Positions 21,506 to 32,694 of a stretch of 64,000 bases of DNA are shown here, in pieces. The DNA comes from Truepera sp. (lineage in GTDB: Bacteria > Deinococcota > Deinococci > Deinococcales > Trueperaceae). Both the position numbers and the translations under genes were made by a program. The notes beneath the pieces are model-generated. The model saw nothing but the letters and a program-made list of their open reading frames with translations, ran no database searches and was not told where the DNA came from. Positions within the stretch are counted from its first letter, which is position 1. Every line of letters begins with the position of its first letter. Location of the stretch: assembly GCA_965218435.1 (NCBI GenBank), contig CBDCKW010000009.1:800001-864000 (forward strand). The letters run 5' to 3'.

Positions 21506-22846
21506 TTATCCGAGCGCCACATTCGCTGCGACCAAGAGAGGGTCCCAGGCACTGCTAAAAGGCGGCGCGTAGGCGAGGTCCAGGTCAGCGAGGTCTCGCA
21601 GCGTCCCTCGCTGAAAAAGCAGCGCCGCGAGGACGTCAATACGTTTTACGGCGTCGCCGTACCCGACAATCTGCCCGCCCAAAAGTCGCTCCGAACCCTG
21701 TTCCCAAACGAGCGTGACGCTCAGCGGCCGGTTGTCCGGATAATACCCGGCGTGGTCGGTCGTGCTGATGTCCTTGCTGCAGGCGTCGAACCCGGCGTCT
21801 TGCGCCGCTTTGAGCGTCAAGCCGGTGGTAGCGAACGCCCGCTCAAAAACTTTGGTGATGGCGGTTCCGGCGACGCCCCGAAAACGCCCCGGTTGCCCGC
21901 CCAAAAGCTTGCCCAACACACGGCCTTGCTTGTTGGCCACGTCACCGAGCGGTAACCAGGTGGGTTCACCGGTGACCACATGATGCACCGCCGTAAGGTC
22001 ACCGACGGCGTAAATGTCGGAGCGGCTGGTGCGGAGCTGATCGTCGGTCAGTACGGCGTTTGCGGGGCCGAGCTCGAGTTCTAACGCTTTCGCCAGGGCG
22101 TTGCTTGGCCGTGCGCCGACTGCGACCACCACCAAATCAGCGGAGAAACGTTCGTCTTCGGTCACGACCTCTCTGACCTGCGTGTCGCCCCCCAACCCCG
22201 TGACCTTTGCGCCCAAATGCACGCTGACACCGTTTTTTTGCACCTCTTCAAGTGCAGTCTTTGACGGCACCGGCCCAAAATTGCCCAAGAGCACGTCCCG
22301 CTGCTCTAAGACCCGCACCCTCAGACCCGCCGCTACCAAAGCTTCAGCGAGCTCGAGGCCGATATAGCTGCCCCCGATAATCACTGCTTCTTTCGCACCG
22401 CTTTGTACTGTTTTCTGAATCTCGGCGGCGTCTTCCACGATCCGCAAGACGTGAACGCCGCCTAAGTCAATCCCCGGCAGCGGCGGTTTGACCGGCACCG
22501 CTCCGGTGGCCAAGACGAGCTTGTCATAAGGTTCGGCAAACCTCTCACCGTTACTCAAGTTTTTTACGGTGACGGTTTTGGCGTCCGGGTCAACTTCGGT
22601 GACCTCGTGCCGCACCTTGACCGTGACGCCTTGTTCGGCCATGTCCTCAGGGGTACGCGCGATCAGCTTGTCTAAACTTTTGACGACGCCCCCGATGGCG
22701 TAGGGGAGGCCACACGCGCCGTATGAGATATAGTGACTTTTTTCAAAAACGGTGATGTCCAGCTCCGGACAGCTGCGTTTGGCTTTCGAGGCGGTGCTCA
22801 TCCCGGCGGCAACGCCGCCCACAACGACAATTTTGGGTTGCTTCAT
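21506..22846 (-). CDS. CoA-disulfide reductase / NADH oxidase family flavoprotein
   Basis: GGVAAGMS, SYGACGLPY redox Cys, GGSYIGLE, LDLAYAPPFS. Confidence 0.9.
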   Translation of the reverse strand: MKQPKIVVVGGVAAGMSTASKAKRSCPELDITVFEKSHYISYGACGLPYAIGGVVKSLDKLIARTPEDMAEQGVTVKVRHEVTEVDPDAKTVTVKNLSNGERFAEPYDKLVLATGAVPVKPPLPGIDLGGVHVLRIVEDAAEIQKTVQSGAKEAVIIGGSYIGLELAEALVAAGLRVRVLEQRDVLLGNFGPVPSKTALEEVQKNGVSVHLGAKVTGLGGDTQVREVVTEDERFSADLVVVAVGARPSNALAKALELELGPANAVLTDDQLRTSRSDIYAVGDLTAVHHVVTGEPTWLPLGDVANKQGRVLGKLLGGQPGRFRGVAGTAITKVFERAFATTGLTLKAAQDAGFDACSKDISTTDHAGYYPDNRPLSVTLVWEQGSERLLGGQIVGYGDAVKRIDVLAALLFQRGTLRDLADLDLAYAPPFSSAWDPLLVAANVALG

Positions 22847-22979
22847 TCCACTAGTTTAGCGGTTAGACCGCGCGGTAAAGCCAGCCTCCGACACGGCGAC
22901 GACGTGATGACGGTGTGTAAACGCCCCAAGTCGCGGCGCAGCTGAACACAGCGTAGCGTGGACGTTTTACGATACAGGC

Positions 22980-24158
22980 ATGACGCACGCTCCACCTCAA
23001 CTTTTACCGACTACCGACGCGCTGCTGGGGGACGCCGCCGTCCGTTTCGGTACGCCCCTCTATCTTTACGACCTGGACACCATCACCTCCCAAGTTGTGC
23101 AGGCACGAAAAGCCCTTCCCACGGCTGAGCTATTTTTTGCCGTAAAAGCCAATCCTTGCGGCGCGGTGCTGCGTCACTTGGCCCATCTAGGGCTCGGTGC
23201 GGAGGTCATCAGCGAAGGTGAACTGGCCCGCGCCCTCCGCGCCGGAATTTCCAAAGAGCGTATCCTGTTGGGCGGCCCCCGCCAAGATGCGCGGCTCGTG
23301 GCGGCGGCTCGTGCTGCCCGAATCGGTTGGGTCAGCCTCGATAGCCTGTCTCAAGCTGAAGCTTGGGCGCAACACGCTGACGAGATCAAGTTTTTAGTTC
23401 GTCTCAACCCGGCGCTCGACCCCCGCACGCATGAACACTTGGCGACGGGCGCGGCTACGTCAAAGTTCGGGATGACCTTTGATGAGACAATTCACGTCGC
23501 TGAGCGGTTAGGGGAGAGGCTGGCCGGTTTTCACATTCATATCGGTTCGCAGATTACGGAACTTGCGGTTTATGACGAGGTGTTCCGTCAGCTGGCAAGC
23601 TTACTCGAGCGTTTTCCCCAGGTCACGACGCTTGACTTAGGCGGCGGCTTCGCCGTGCCGGATTTCCCGCTGGGGGCGTTTGCCGAAAAGGTCACGCCGT
23701 TTGTCGGGGCGCGGAGGCTCTTGCTCGAGCCCGGACGTTTTCTCGTCGCGGAGAGCGGGACGCTGGTGACTCGAGTCTTACACGTCAAAAACGGCCCCGT
23801 AAAGCATGTGATCTGCGACGCAGGCATGGCCGACCTTTTGCGCCCGGCGCTCTACGGTGCGCGTCACCCGGTTCGTGCGCTTGGCAAAAACATGAGTAAA
23901 GACGGTCCTCTGCAAACGGTAGATGTTGACGGCCCCTTGTGCGAAAACGCCGACCGTTTGGGGCGCGGCGTACAGCTCCCTGACGTTCAACCTGGTGACC
24001 TCTTGGCAGTGTCCGAAGCGGGCGCTTACGGCCTGAGCATGAGTTTGCACTACGCGTCGTCGTTACGGCCAGCCGAGGCGATTATCGAACACGGTCAGCT
24101 GCGGCTCGTCACAAAACGCGAAACGGTAGAAGAGTTGTGGAGGCTCGAGCGTGAGTAA
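22980..24158 (+). CDS. lysA: Diaminopimelate decarboxylase
   Basis: FGTPLYLYD, FAVKAN (PLP Lys), SKFG, HIGSQI, DLGGG, EPGR, RPALYGA, GPLCENAD. Confidence 0.85.
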   Translation: MTHAPPQLLPTTDALLGDAAVRFGTPLYLYDLDTITSQVVQARKALPTAELFFAVKANPCGAVLRHLAHLGLGAEVISEGELARALRAGISKERILLGGPRQDARLVAAARAARIGWVSLDSLSQAEAWAQHADEIKFLVRLNPALDPRTHEHLATGAATSKFGMTFDETIHVAERLGERLAGFHIHIGSQITELAVYDEVFRQLASLLERFPQVTTLDLGGGFAVPDFPLGAFAEKVTPFVGARRLLLEPGRFLVAESGTLVTRVLHVKNGPVKHVICDAGMADLLRPALYGARHPVRALGKNMSKDGPLQTVDVDGPLCENADRLGRGVQLPDVQPGDLLAVSEAGAYGLSMSLHYASSLRPAEAIIEHGQLRLVTKRETVEELWRLERE

Positions 24159-25002
24159 AGACGATTTTGGGGCAGAACTGACTCCGCTTTTTAAGACGTT
24201 TTCCGGCGAGGTGAGCGTCGCCTATGCACGCTTAGACGGCGCTGAAAGCTACACCTACCGCGCTACCGAACCGACCTCAGCTGCGAGCCTGATCAAGCTG
24301 CCGATTTTGCTCACGGTTTTAGAGCGCGTTTCTCAGGAAAAACTAAAGCTGGATGAACGTACCTCGCTGAAAGCTACCGATCAGGTCGGTGGCTCCGGCA
24401 TCTTGCACACGTTGCAGGCCGGTCTCGAGCCGACGCTCCACGACCTCTTAACCTTGATGATGATTGTGAGCGACAACACCGCGACGAATATCCTGATTGG
24501 GCGTGTGGGGCAAGACGCCATCAATACCTTTTGTCAGCAGCACGGCCTCAGCGGGACGAAGCTCGTCGGTAAATTGCAACTCCCGGAAATTGGGCAAAAC
24601 GAGGCGCAGCGGCGCGGTGAGCGCAACACGACCTGCGCCGCCGATATGTTGGGCTTGCTGCTAGGTCTAGTCCGTGGCGATCTGTTACCCCCAGCTGAGA
24701 CCGAACTCGCGCTAGACATCCTCAAAAAACAGCAATATACCGAGGCGTTGGCCCGCTACCTCCCGACCGACCCGGAGCTCGACACGCCTTATATTGAGGT
24801 CGCCTCAAAAAGTGGGTGCTTGAGCGGCGTGTGGCACGACGCCGGAATCGTCTTTTCGGAGGGGCAACCGCTTTACGCGCTTGTCGTGATGACCAGTGGG
24901 TCTCGAGACCGGCGCTTTCATTTTGAGCAAGAAGGGATGCTGCTGATTGGCGAGGTCTCGAGGCGTATCTACGGGCGCGTCGCCGCTCCCGAAGCCACTT
25001 GA
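24151..25002 (+). CDS. Class A beta-lactamase-related serine hydrolase
   Basis: SLIK (SxxK), SDN, KSG, HDAGIV; no signal peptide. Confidence 0.85.
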   Translation: MSKDDFGAELTPLFKTFSGEVSVAYARLDGAESYTYRATEPTSAASLIKLPILLTVLERVSQEKLKLDERTSLKATDQVGGSGILHTLQAGLEPTLHDLLTLMMIVSDNTATNILIGRVGQDAINTFCQQHGLSGTKLVGKLQLPEIGQNEAQRRGERNTTCAADMLGLLLGLVRGDLLPPAETELALDILKKQQYTEALARYLPTDPELDTPYIEVASKSGCLSGVWHDAGIVFSEGQPLYALVVMTSGSRDRRFHFEQEGMLLIGEVSRRIYGRVAAPEAT

Positions 25003-25088
25003 GGTATGTGTAAGCTACCTGCCGGTACGCGTCTCCATCCTATTTTAGGGTAGTAATAGTAAAAACAGATCATCACCTGGAGGTTGAT

Positions 25089-26102
25089 ATGCTGTTTGTC
25101 ACCAAACGTCCCCTGTTGTCTCTGAGTACCGCACTTTTACTATTTACCGCTGCGTGTAACCGAAATGAAATTCCAGTGCTGCCCGCACCGCCCACGACGC
25201 CTGCGCCCCCGACAACGCCCGCACCGCCCACAACCCCGACGCCTCCTGCCGCGCCCGCAACGATTGCCCTGCCGAACGGCTTTCAACCTGAAGGCATCGC
25301 TGCCGGTACAGGGACGACGCTCTACGCCGGCTCACTGGCAGATGGGGCGGTCTACCAGCTTGACGTCGCTACGGGTGAGGGAAGTTTCCTCGTTAAAGGC
25401 AAAGACGGACGCGTCAACGTCGGTCTGACCTTTGATAGCCGTACCGGTTACCTCTTCGCCGCTGGTGGCCCAACGGGTAAAGCTCAAGTCTACGACACCA
25501 AAGCCGGAAAGTTGCTGCAAACCTATACCCTTAACAGCAACGGGACGTTTGTCAACGACGCTGTTCTGAGCGGCAATAATGTCTACTTTACGAACTCGAA
25601 TCGGTCGGTCTTTTACCGTTTAGCACTCGGTGAAGAGGGCGCACTTCCTAAAAAGAACAGCGGCGTGACCGAACTGCCGCTTACCGGCGCGTTTACGTTA
25701 GCGCCGGACCCGGCGGCGCTCAACGCCAACGGCATTGCCGCAGCTGACGACGGCACCCTAATTATCGTCAAGAGTGCGACCGGGCAGCTCTTTAAGGTCA
25801 ATCCGGAGACCGGCGAAGCGGTAGAGATTGATTTAGGAGACGCTAACGTCACCAACGGCGACGGCCTTTTACTTAATGGCAACACGCTCTACGTCGTGCA
25901 AAACCGGGATAACCAGATCGCGGTAGTAGATTTGTCGGCGGACCTTGCAAGCGGCACCATCAGCAACACGCTGACCAATCCTGCGTTTGACGTACCGACG
26001 ACGCTGGCCGCTGTAGACGGCACACTTTACGCGGTCAACGCCCGGTTTGGCACTGATCCGACGCCGGATACAGAGTACGCAGTCGTCAAAGTCGAGCAGT
26101 AA
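25089..26102 (+). CDS. Beta-propeller lipoprotein (SMP-30/gluconolactonase-like)
   Basis: Lipobox TAAC, Pro/Thr linker, FQPEGIA, FVND, NANGI, NGDGL. Confidence 0.75.
   Translation: MLFVTKRPLLSLSTALLLFTAACNRNEIPVLPAPPTTPAPPTTPAPPTTPTPPAAPATIALPNGFQPEGIAAGTGTTLYAGSLADGAVYQLDVATGEGSFLVKGKDGRVNVGLTFDSRTGYLFAAGGPTGKAQVYDTKAGKLLQTYTLNSNGTFVNDAVLSGNNVYFTNSNRSVFYRLALGEEGALPKKNSGVTELPLTGAFTLAPDPAALNANGIAAADDGTLIIVKSATGQLFKVNPETGEAVEIDLGDANVTNGDGLLLNGNTLYVVQNRDNQIAVVDLSADLASGTISNTLTNPAFDVPTTLAAVDGTLYAVNARFGTDPTPDTEYAVVKVEQ
25183..25258 (+). repeat. 18-bp tandem repeat encoding a (PAPPTT)n linker
   Basis: PAPPTTPAPPTTPAPPTTPTPPAAPA in the translation. Confidence 0.8.
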
Positions 26103-26137
26103 AGCGTCCTTCGCGGCGTTGGCATAGCCTAGTTCAA

Positions 26138-26184
26138 CTAAAAAGCTACGGACTTTGCTGCTTACAAAGTCCGTAGCTTTTTAG
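26138..26184. terminator. Bidirectional intrinsic terminator, 20-bp perfect stem
   Basis: ctaaaaagctacggactttg-ctgctta-caaagtccgtagctttttag. Confidence 0.8.
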
Positions 26185-26672
26185 GGTGCGCTCAAACTAG
26201 AGTTCGGCGATAAGTACAACTTCACCTGACTTCACAGCCTTTTACCTAGCGTTAACCAGCAGCTATTAAAATCGGTAGCGACTTGCAGATGAGTCGGAGG
26301 GAGAAGGTTTTGGTGGGAAAAACCACAAGCAGCTGACGAGCGCGGCGCACCGATTCTAAGTAGCCAGCGTACCAGAGACCTCAACCCCGCTGCCTCAAAG
26401 CTGTGAGCTGTCAAGGTAGTGCTGAGTTGGTAGTACTACCTAGCGCATCTATAGCTGACACCTCACAGATAACGCCAGCGAGTTGACCCAAAAATATCTC
26501 CATCTATGTAATTAGGTGCGGTCTTGGGAGGCAGATCAGAAAAGCAACAAAGCATACAAACACAGCACTAACATCTGCACCAAGCTCACTGAGTACGTGT
26601 TGGCGAATAGGGCAAAACGGCTTCTCCCTCCACCCACTGCCGAGAGCGAAACTAGAAACGGAGATAAAACCC

Positions 26673-29024
26673 ATGACGACATCTGCAAAAGATCACCCTG
26701 ACATGACTAACGGCGGCCATGACACGACCACGAAGGTCACGGGCCGCGCGGCAACTACGGGCGCTTGCCCATTCCGCGGCACCCGTATCGGCGGCGCTAT
26801 CGGTTCGGAACCGCAGCTCGATACCTGGTGGCCGAACCGCCTCAAGGTCGAACTCTTGCATCAGAACCCGCCTCAGGCCAACCCGCTCCGGGATGTCAAC
26901 TACGCGGAAGCGTTCTCGCAGCTTGATTACCACGCGCTCAAAGCCGACATCAAGGCGCTCCTCCAGTCTTCTGTAGACTGGTGGCCGTCGGACTACGGCA
27001 ACTACGGGCCGCAGATGATCCGGATGGCGTGGCACTCGGCGGGTACCTACCGCATCGCCGACGGGCGTGGCGGCGCGGGGCAGGGGATGCAGCGCTTTGC
27101 GCCGATTAACTCGTGGTGGGACAACGGCAACACCGATAAGTCGCGTCGGCTCTTAGCGCCCATCAAGCAGAAGTACGGCGCGGCGCTCAGCTGGGCCGAC
27201 CTGCTGATCTTGACTGGTAATGTCGCCTTAGAGGAGATGGGCTTTCCGACTTTCGGCTTCGGCGGTGGCCGCCTTGACGCTTGGGCGGCCGACACCGCTA
27301 CCTACTGGGGTCCCGAAGGCTGGGAGGGTAAGGAGCACGTAGGCCACCCCGACGAGATGGTCAACTTGGGCAAACGCTGGCAGGGCAACCCTAAACAGGA
27401 CTATTGGGACCTCGAGAACCCGGTCGCAGCGTCGCACCAGGCGCTGATCTACGTCAACCCGGAGGGTCCGGATAAAAATGGCGACCCGCTGGACAGTGCG
27501 CGCGAAATCCGCGAGAGCTTCGCGCGGATGGCGATGAACGACGAGGAGACCGTCGCGCTGATCGCCGGGGGTCACGCTTTCGGCAAGTCGCACGGGATGG
27601 TCGCGCCGGACAAAATCGGCCCCGCACCGGAGGCGGCTACCATGTCGCTCCAGGGTCTCGGCTGGCACAATCCCGAGGGCAGCGGCAACGCCGAGCACAC
27701 GATGACCAACGGCATCGAGGGCTCGTGGACACCGAACCCGACGATGTGGGACAACGCCTACCTTACGAACCTCTTCAAGTATGAGTGGGAGCAGACGAAG
27801 AGTCCCGCAGGTGCGCTTCAGTGGACACCGGTTGACCCGGACGCGCCCAAGACGCCTGACGCTCATATAGGGGGCCAGCAGAACGACCTGATGATGATGA
27901 CAACCGACATCGCGCTGAAGCGGGACCCGGCGTATCACGAGGTCTGCCAGCGGTTCCTGGGCGACTTTGACTACTTCACCGACGCCTTCTCGCGGGCCTG
28001 GTACAAGCTGACCCACCGCGACATGGGGCCGATAGACCGTTACGTCGGCCCGGAGGTGCCGGAGGTGGTCCTCCCCTGGCAGGACCCGATTCCAGCGCTC
28101 GAACACGAGGTCGTGAATGACGCGGACATCGCCCAGCTCAAGGGGACGATCTTAGACAGCGGTCTGTCGGTGTCGGCGTTGGTGTCGGCGGCTTGGGCCT
28201 CGGCCTCGAGCTACCGCGACAGCGACAAACGCGGCGGCGCGAACGGCGCACGTGTGCGGCTCGAGCCGCAAAAGGACTGGGCGGTCAACCACCCCGACCA
28301 ACTGGCAGAAACGCTTCAAACGCTCGGGGGCGTTCAGTCTAACTTTAACAGTGCCCAGTCAGGTGGCAAAAAGGTGTCTATGGCTGACCTGATCGTCCTC
28401 GGCGGTGTCGCCGCGGTTGAGCAGGCGGCCAAGGACGCGGGCGTTGAGGTGAGCGTCCCCTTTGTGCCGGGCCGGATGGACACGACCCAGGAGCTGACCG
28501 ACGGTGAGAGCTTCGAGTGGCTTAAACCCGTTGTGGACGGTTTCCGCAACTACGTCAACGAAGAGGTTAAATACAACGTCGCGCCCGAGCATCTCTTCCT
28601 CGACAAGGCGCAGCTGTTGACCCTGACCGCCCCCGAGTGGACGGCCCTGGCGGGCGGCCTCAAAGTCTTGGGTATCAACTACGACAGCTCTGAGCACGGC
28701 TTGTTCACTGACCGGCCGGGCGTCCTGACCAACGACTTTTTCAAGGTGCTGACCTCGATGGACTACGCGTGGAAGCCGCAAGACGGGCGCGAGCTGACGT
28801 TTGACATCACCGACCGCAAGACCGGCGAGACTAAGTTCACGGCTACACGTTGCGACTTGGTGTTCGGCGCGAACGCGCAGCTGCGCCAAATCGCCGAGGT
28901 CTACGCTGCAAACGACGGCCACGAGCGGCTGGTCAAAGACTTCGCTAAAGCTTGGCACAAAGTGATGATGCTCGACCGTTACGACGTGCCGGAAGCGCAC
29001 GCCGAAGCCACCTCAACTTGCTGA
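26673..29024 (+). CDS. katG: Catalase-peroxidase
   Basis: [43 protein letters not shown]; duplicated domain, 783 aa. Confidence 0.96.
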   Translation: MTTSAKDHPDMTNGGHDTTTKVTGRAATTGACPFRGTRIGGAIGSEPQLDTWWPNRLKVELLHQNPPQANPLRDVNYAEAFSQLDYHALKADIKALLQSSVDWWPSDYGNYGPQMIRMAWHSAGTYRIADGRGGAGQGMQRFAPINSWWDNGNTDKSRRLLAPIKQKYGAALSWADLLILTGNVALEEMGFPTFGFGGGRLDAWAADTATYWGPEGWEGKEHVGHPDEMVNLGKRWQGNPKQDYWDLENPVAASHQALIYVNPEGPDKNGDPLDSAREIRESFARMAMNDEETVALIAGGHAFGKSHGMVAPDKIGPAPEAATMSLQGLGWHNPEGSGNAEHTMTNGIEGSWTPNPTMWDNAYLTNLFKYEWEQTKSPAGALQWTPVDPDAPKTPDAHIGGQQNDLMMMTTDIALKRDPAYHEVCQRFLGDFDYFTDAFSRAWYKLTHRDMGPIDRYVGPEVPEVVLPWQDPIPALEHEVVNDADIAQLKGTILDSGLSVSALVSAAWASASSYRDSDKRGGANGARVRLEPQKDWAVNHPDQLAETLQTLGGVQSNFNSAQSGGKKVSMADLIVLGGVAAVEQAAKDAGVEVSVPFVPGRMDTTQELTDGESFEWLKPVVDGFRNYVNEEVKYNVAPEHLFLDKAQLLTLTAPEWTALAGGLKVLGINYDSSEHGLFTDRPGVLTNDFFKVLTSMDYAWKPQDGRELTFDITDRKTGETKFTATRCDLVFGANAQLRQIAEVYAANDGHERLVKDFAKAWHKVMMLDRYDVPEAHAEATSTC

Positions 29025-29050
29025 CTGATAGAACGAGGCGATAACAGAGT

Positions 29051-29077
29051 GGGTCTGCTTTGGCAGGCCCCTTTTTT
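29051..29077 (+). terminator. Intrinsic terminator of katG
   Basis: gggtctgc...gcaggccc hairpin followed by c-tttttt. Confidence 0.75.
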
Positions 29078-29410
29078 GTGTGCATCCGATTTTATGTGCA
29101 TCCGACCGGGGATGTCCCAGGAAGACGTGACCTGTTTTGAGCTGAGTTCGGACCCATAACGCAGAATCTCCCAAGCTGGCGTTGAAAACCTATCAAGGCG
29201 ATACGGTTATGGGTTCACTCGAGCTATTTTGTTGAAGTAACCCATTTTTACCGGGAGTTTGAGCTGGGGGTTGGTCTTTAACAGTTGCCGAGTGTCCACC
29301 ATGCGACGCTGCGACCCCACGTTTCAGCGAACCGCCGCGTACACAGCGTGACGTTGGCTTGCACCAGCCCGCTGCCTAAGCGTGCGCCCTGATTACGGCT
29401 ACGCGCACCC

Positions 29411-31012
29411 CTACTCGAGCGTCAACACAAACGCGTACAGCTCGGGGCTACCGGCGTGCAACTCGAGCTCGAGCCCGTCAAACTGTTCGGCGAGCTGTTT
29501 ATGAAGCGCCTCGGCCCGTTCGCGGCCTACCGCTGAACTGTAAAAAAGCACGCCCAACTCGTAGTCCGCCGCGACGTTTTCGACGAGCTCGCTCATGCAC
29601 GTTTCGGGTGACGCTGCCGCAGCCTTGAGCTGACCGTTTTGCAACCCGATAAACTCGCCTTCGGTGACCGCAACGCCTTCAACCACGGCCGTACGGCTCG
29701 CCTTGGTGACCTCGAGGGTACAAGCGTGCTCGGCAGCCTCTTGCAGCTTACCGTAAAGCTCGTCTACCTCGCTGTTTTCATCGAATAAGACGGCCGCGGC
29801 CAGACCTTCACCGAGAGTTCGCGTCGGCAGCACCCGGATGTGCTTCTCGGGAATGAGTTCGCCGACCCGCTCGGCGGCCATGATGATGTTTTTGTTGTTC
29901 GGCATGATGATCACATCAGTGGCCCCGACGCTCCGCACTGCGTCGGCGATGTCTTGCACGCTCGGGTTGTTCGTCTGACCGCCCCCGACCACGCGTGCGC
30001 CGAGGCTGCGAAACACTTTGGTAACGCCAAACCCCGCACTGACCGCGACGAGCGCCGTTTTCGGCGGCGTAATCCCGCTCGGGTCGGCACCGGCCAGAAT
30101 CTCCTGGTGCTGCTCGCTCATGTCTTCGACTTTGGTCCTGACGACTGTACCGTAACGCGCGACGAGGGCGAGGAGTTGTTCGGGTTCTTCGGTGTGAATA
30201 TGGCCTTTGACGTACCCTTCTGCGCCGACGACGAGGAGCGAATTGCCAAAGCTCTCAACCTCGGCCTGAATCTCTTCGGTCGGTACCGTCACATCGGAAA
30301 GCAAGAATTCAGTACAAAACCCGAACTCCTGCTCTGCAAACGCCTCTTGTGCGTGCTTGGTGACGGTGGGGGGCGGTGGCAGCTCGCGCCCTTCAAACGA
30401 CGCGATAATGCCCTCGAGCACGCGTAAAAACCCTAAACCACCCGAATCTACGACGCCCGCTTGCTTGAGCATTGGAAGCTGGTCGGGCGTGCCTTGGAGC
30501 GCCTTATCCCCGGCTTTTAGGGCGTCACGGAGCACCTCTAAAGGAGACACCGATGCTGCGCCCTCAGCACCCTCCGCCGCTGAGCGCACCACGGTTAAAA
30601 TCGTGCCTTCGACGGGTTTCATTACGGCAGCGTAGGCACTCTTCGACGCACTTTTAAGTGCCTCAACCACCGCTTTACTCCCAAGCGTCCTTTGGCCTTT
30701 GATGCTTTCGGCAAAGCCTTTAAGGATTTGACTTAAAATCACGCCCGAGTTGCCACGTGCGCCGAGCAGCGAGCCGTAAGAGAGGGCGTGCGCGAGTTCG
30801 CCCATCGTTTTAGGGGCGGCGTTACTGAGCTGCTGCCGTACCGACTGCATCGTCAGGTGCATGTTGGTCCCGGTATCGCCGTCAGGGACAGGGTAGACGT
30901 TGAGCGCGTTGACCTCTTCGACGTAGACGCCGAGCCAGTCGGTCGCGTAGGCGAAGGCGCACGCTAAAGCCGGAGCCTCGAGCAGCGGTTCGACCGGAGC
31001 GACCTGAGTCAC
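29411..31012 (-). CDS. DAK2-domain fatty acid kinase subunit (FakA/YloV-like)
   Basis: NALNVYPVPDGDTGTNM, GARGNSGVILSQ, KPVEGTILTV, VVDSGG, FCTEF, GGQTNNPS; GTG 31012 is the likely start. Confidence 0.9.
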   Translation of the reverse strand: MTQVAPVEPLLEAPALACAFAYATDWLGVYVEEVNALNVYPVPDGDTGTNMHLTMQSVRQQLSNAAPKTMGELAHALSYGSLLGARGNSGVILSQILKGFAESIKGQRTLGSKAVVEALKSASKSAYAAVMKPVEGTILTVVRSAAEGAEGAASVSPLEVLRDALKAGDKALQGTPDQLPMLKQAGVVDSGGLGFLRVLEGIIASFEGRELPPPPTVTKHAQEAFAEQEFGFCTEFLLSDVTVPTEEIQAEVESFGNSLLVVGAEGYVKGHIHTEEPEQLLALVARYGTVVRTKVEDMSEQHQEILAGADPSGITPPKTALVAVSAGFGVTKVFRSLGARVVGGGQTNNPSVQDIADAVRSVGATDVIIMPNNKNIIMAAERVGELIPEKHIRVLPTRTLGEGLAAAVLFDENSEVDELYGKLQEAAEHACTLEVTKASRTAVVEGVAVTEGEFIGLQNGQLKAAAASPETCMSELVENVAADYELGVLFYSSAVGRERAEALHKQLAEQFDGLELELHAGSPELYAFVLTLE

Positions 31013-31438
31013 TGTACTGTCCCCTGTGCTGCCTCTAAACCGGTAATGTGCCCTGAAGCTGAGCGGGTTGTAAACCACAAGTTCATGATTCTCCCTAGCG
31101 CCGAGTGATATACACCAAGGCTTGATAGGGCAATCTTACCGCATCTGTAAATAAACTGAGTAATAAACCCCGTATTAGACGTTCATCTACGGCTTTTTAG
31201 GCGGTTGCTGGTGGCTCGAGCCTGTCACGAAGTTTTTCCTACGGGACTTCTTTCAGCTTGGGGCCAACATCGTTTAAGTTGCCGTAAGCGGTGTGCCTTG
31301 TCCTTCCGGATCAGTAAAGAGAAATACACTAAATCTAAATCTTCGGGTAACACGTTGCAATCGTCGCCTAAACACAATTTTCGGTGTGTTTCAAGTTTGA
31401 TTGGGACGCGAAAGAAGGTAGATTTGCGCTGCTCAACC

Positions 31439-31750
31439 CTATAGTGAATCCCACAGTTCGACCTCGAGCCGACTCTCGGTCACCCTGTACTCGCCCTGCG
31501 CCGCCACAAACGCTTCGATACGGTGCAAGAGTGTCTCGAGTCCCACCCTGTCGCTGCTGATGACGCTGACGCCGATCTCTTCCCAAGTGTGCTCATCTGC
31601 GCCGCCAAGCCGCGCCGCCGACACCGAAAAACGTACCTTGAGTTTTTCAACGACCGGTTTCACAAGTCCGCGTTTCTCTTTTAACGAGCGTACCCAGGGC
31701 ATCTCGAGGCGGGCTTGGTACACTCCGACATAGACATTGGTATCTCTCAC
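31439..31750 (-). CDS. DUF503 family protein
   Basis: SLKEKRGLVKPVVEKLKVRFSVSAA; start estimated at GTG 31750. Confidence 0.85.
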   Translation of the reverse strand: MRDTNVYVGVYQARLEMPWVRSLKEKRGLVKPVVEKLKVRFSVSAARLGGADEHTWEEIGVSVISSDRVGLETLLHRIEAFVAAQGEYRVTESRLEVELWDSL

Positions 31751-31760
31751 AAGGGTTCTT

Positions 31761-32228
31761 TCATCCAGAGTTCTTTTGGCCTCTCGAGCCCAACACTCGC
31801 CCATAGATGTGTTCAGGGCGCAGCGCGTAGTCTTTGGTAGCTAACGCCAGCGCCGCACCGTCGTCAGCGTCGGGAACTTGTACCTGCAGGTCGTAAACAG
31901 CGGCGTCGTAGGCACTTTTGGTCACGGCTTCTAACAAGGCTGCCCTCGCCTCGGTGTCAGCCTCAACATTTTCAGTCTCGGGGACGCTCAGGCGGTTGAC
32001 GTAAACGGTTGGGCGCGTGCCGTTCCAGACAGCTTGCGCCAAGACAAACCCGGCAGCTCGGCCTTCTCTGACAGCAACAAAGGCGTGACCGGTGCGGACG
32101 TAAAACGACACGCTGCTCCTCGTCAAGATAGGTTCCAAGCCAAATTTTTCAGCGTAGGCCGTCTCGAGCGGCTCCAACAGCTCTTGGTCATCCGGGATCA
32201 GTGGACGGGCAAAAGTCAGAGAGGCCAT
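31761..32228 (-). CDS. DUF1999 family protein (Deinococcota-type)
   Basis: SFYVRTGHAFVA, GFVLAQAVWNG.RPTV, AVTKSAYDAAVYD. Confidence 0.8.
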   Translation of the reverse strand: MASLTFARPLIPDDQELLEPLETAYAEKFGLEPILTRSSVSFYVRTGHAFVAVREGRAAGFVLAQAVWNGTRPTVYVNRLSVPETENVEADTEARAALLEAVTKSAYDAAVYDLQVQVPDADDGAALALATKDYALRPEHIYGRVLGSRGQKNSG

Positions 32229-32229
32229 C

Positions 32230-32694
32230 CTAAGCCTGCCCTGTCCAAGCGCCCGACTTACCGCCGGTTTTTGAAAGCAGCTTGATCTCCTCGATCACCA
32301 TCCCTTTGCCGTAGGCTTTAAGCATATCGTAGAGCGTCAGCGCGGCTACACTCGCCGCAGTGAGGGCCTCCATCTCGACCCCGGTTTGGGCGTTGACGCG
32401 GCAGAGCGCCGTAAACGTCACGCGCCGCTCTGCCGCGTCCGTTTCACCCCGCACCGAGACTTTGGTCAAACTCAGCGGGTGACAGAGCGGAATCAGCTCA
32501 CTCGTGCGTTTGGCCGCCATAATCCCGGCGAGTTCGGCGACGGCTACCGGGTCGCCCTTCTCCGGGCCGAGTTCTAAGGCCCGGTACACCTCTTCGGGCA
32601 AAAGAACACGCGAACGTGCGACTGCTTCGCGGGCCGTCTCCACCTTGCCTGAGACGTCAACCATCACGGCCTTGCCGTTTTCAAAATGGGTCAT
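32230..32694 (-). CDS. moaC: Cyclic pyranopterin monophosphate synthase
   Basis: MVDVSGK, AGIMAAKRTSELIPLCHP, TGVEMEAL, LYDMLK, KTGGKSG. Confidence 0.95.
   Translation of the reverse strand: MTHFENGKAVMVDVSGKVETAREAVARSRVLLPEEVYRALELGPEKGDPVAVAELAGIMAAKRTSELIPLCHPLSLTKVSVRGETDAAERRVTFTALCRVNAQTGVEMEALTAASVAALTLYDMLKAYGKGMVIEEIKLLSKTGGKSGAWTGQA

Noticed and set aside
24151..25002. Calling this gene, the APH-like kinase or the pentapeptide protein antibiotic-resistance genes
   Set aside because: Family membership only; chromosomal housekeeping context and no signal peptide on the hydrolase.
27228..29000. Long antisense ORFs (292 aa, 213 aa) opposite katG, and similar shadow ORFs elsewhere (e.g. 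21158-21955, 29840-30427)
   Set aside because: Expected by-product of GC-rich codon bias on the opposite strand of well-supported genes; no motifs.
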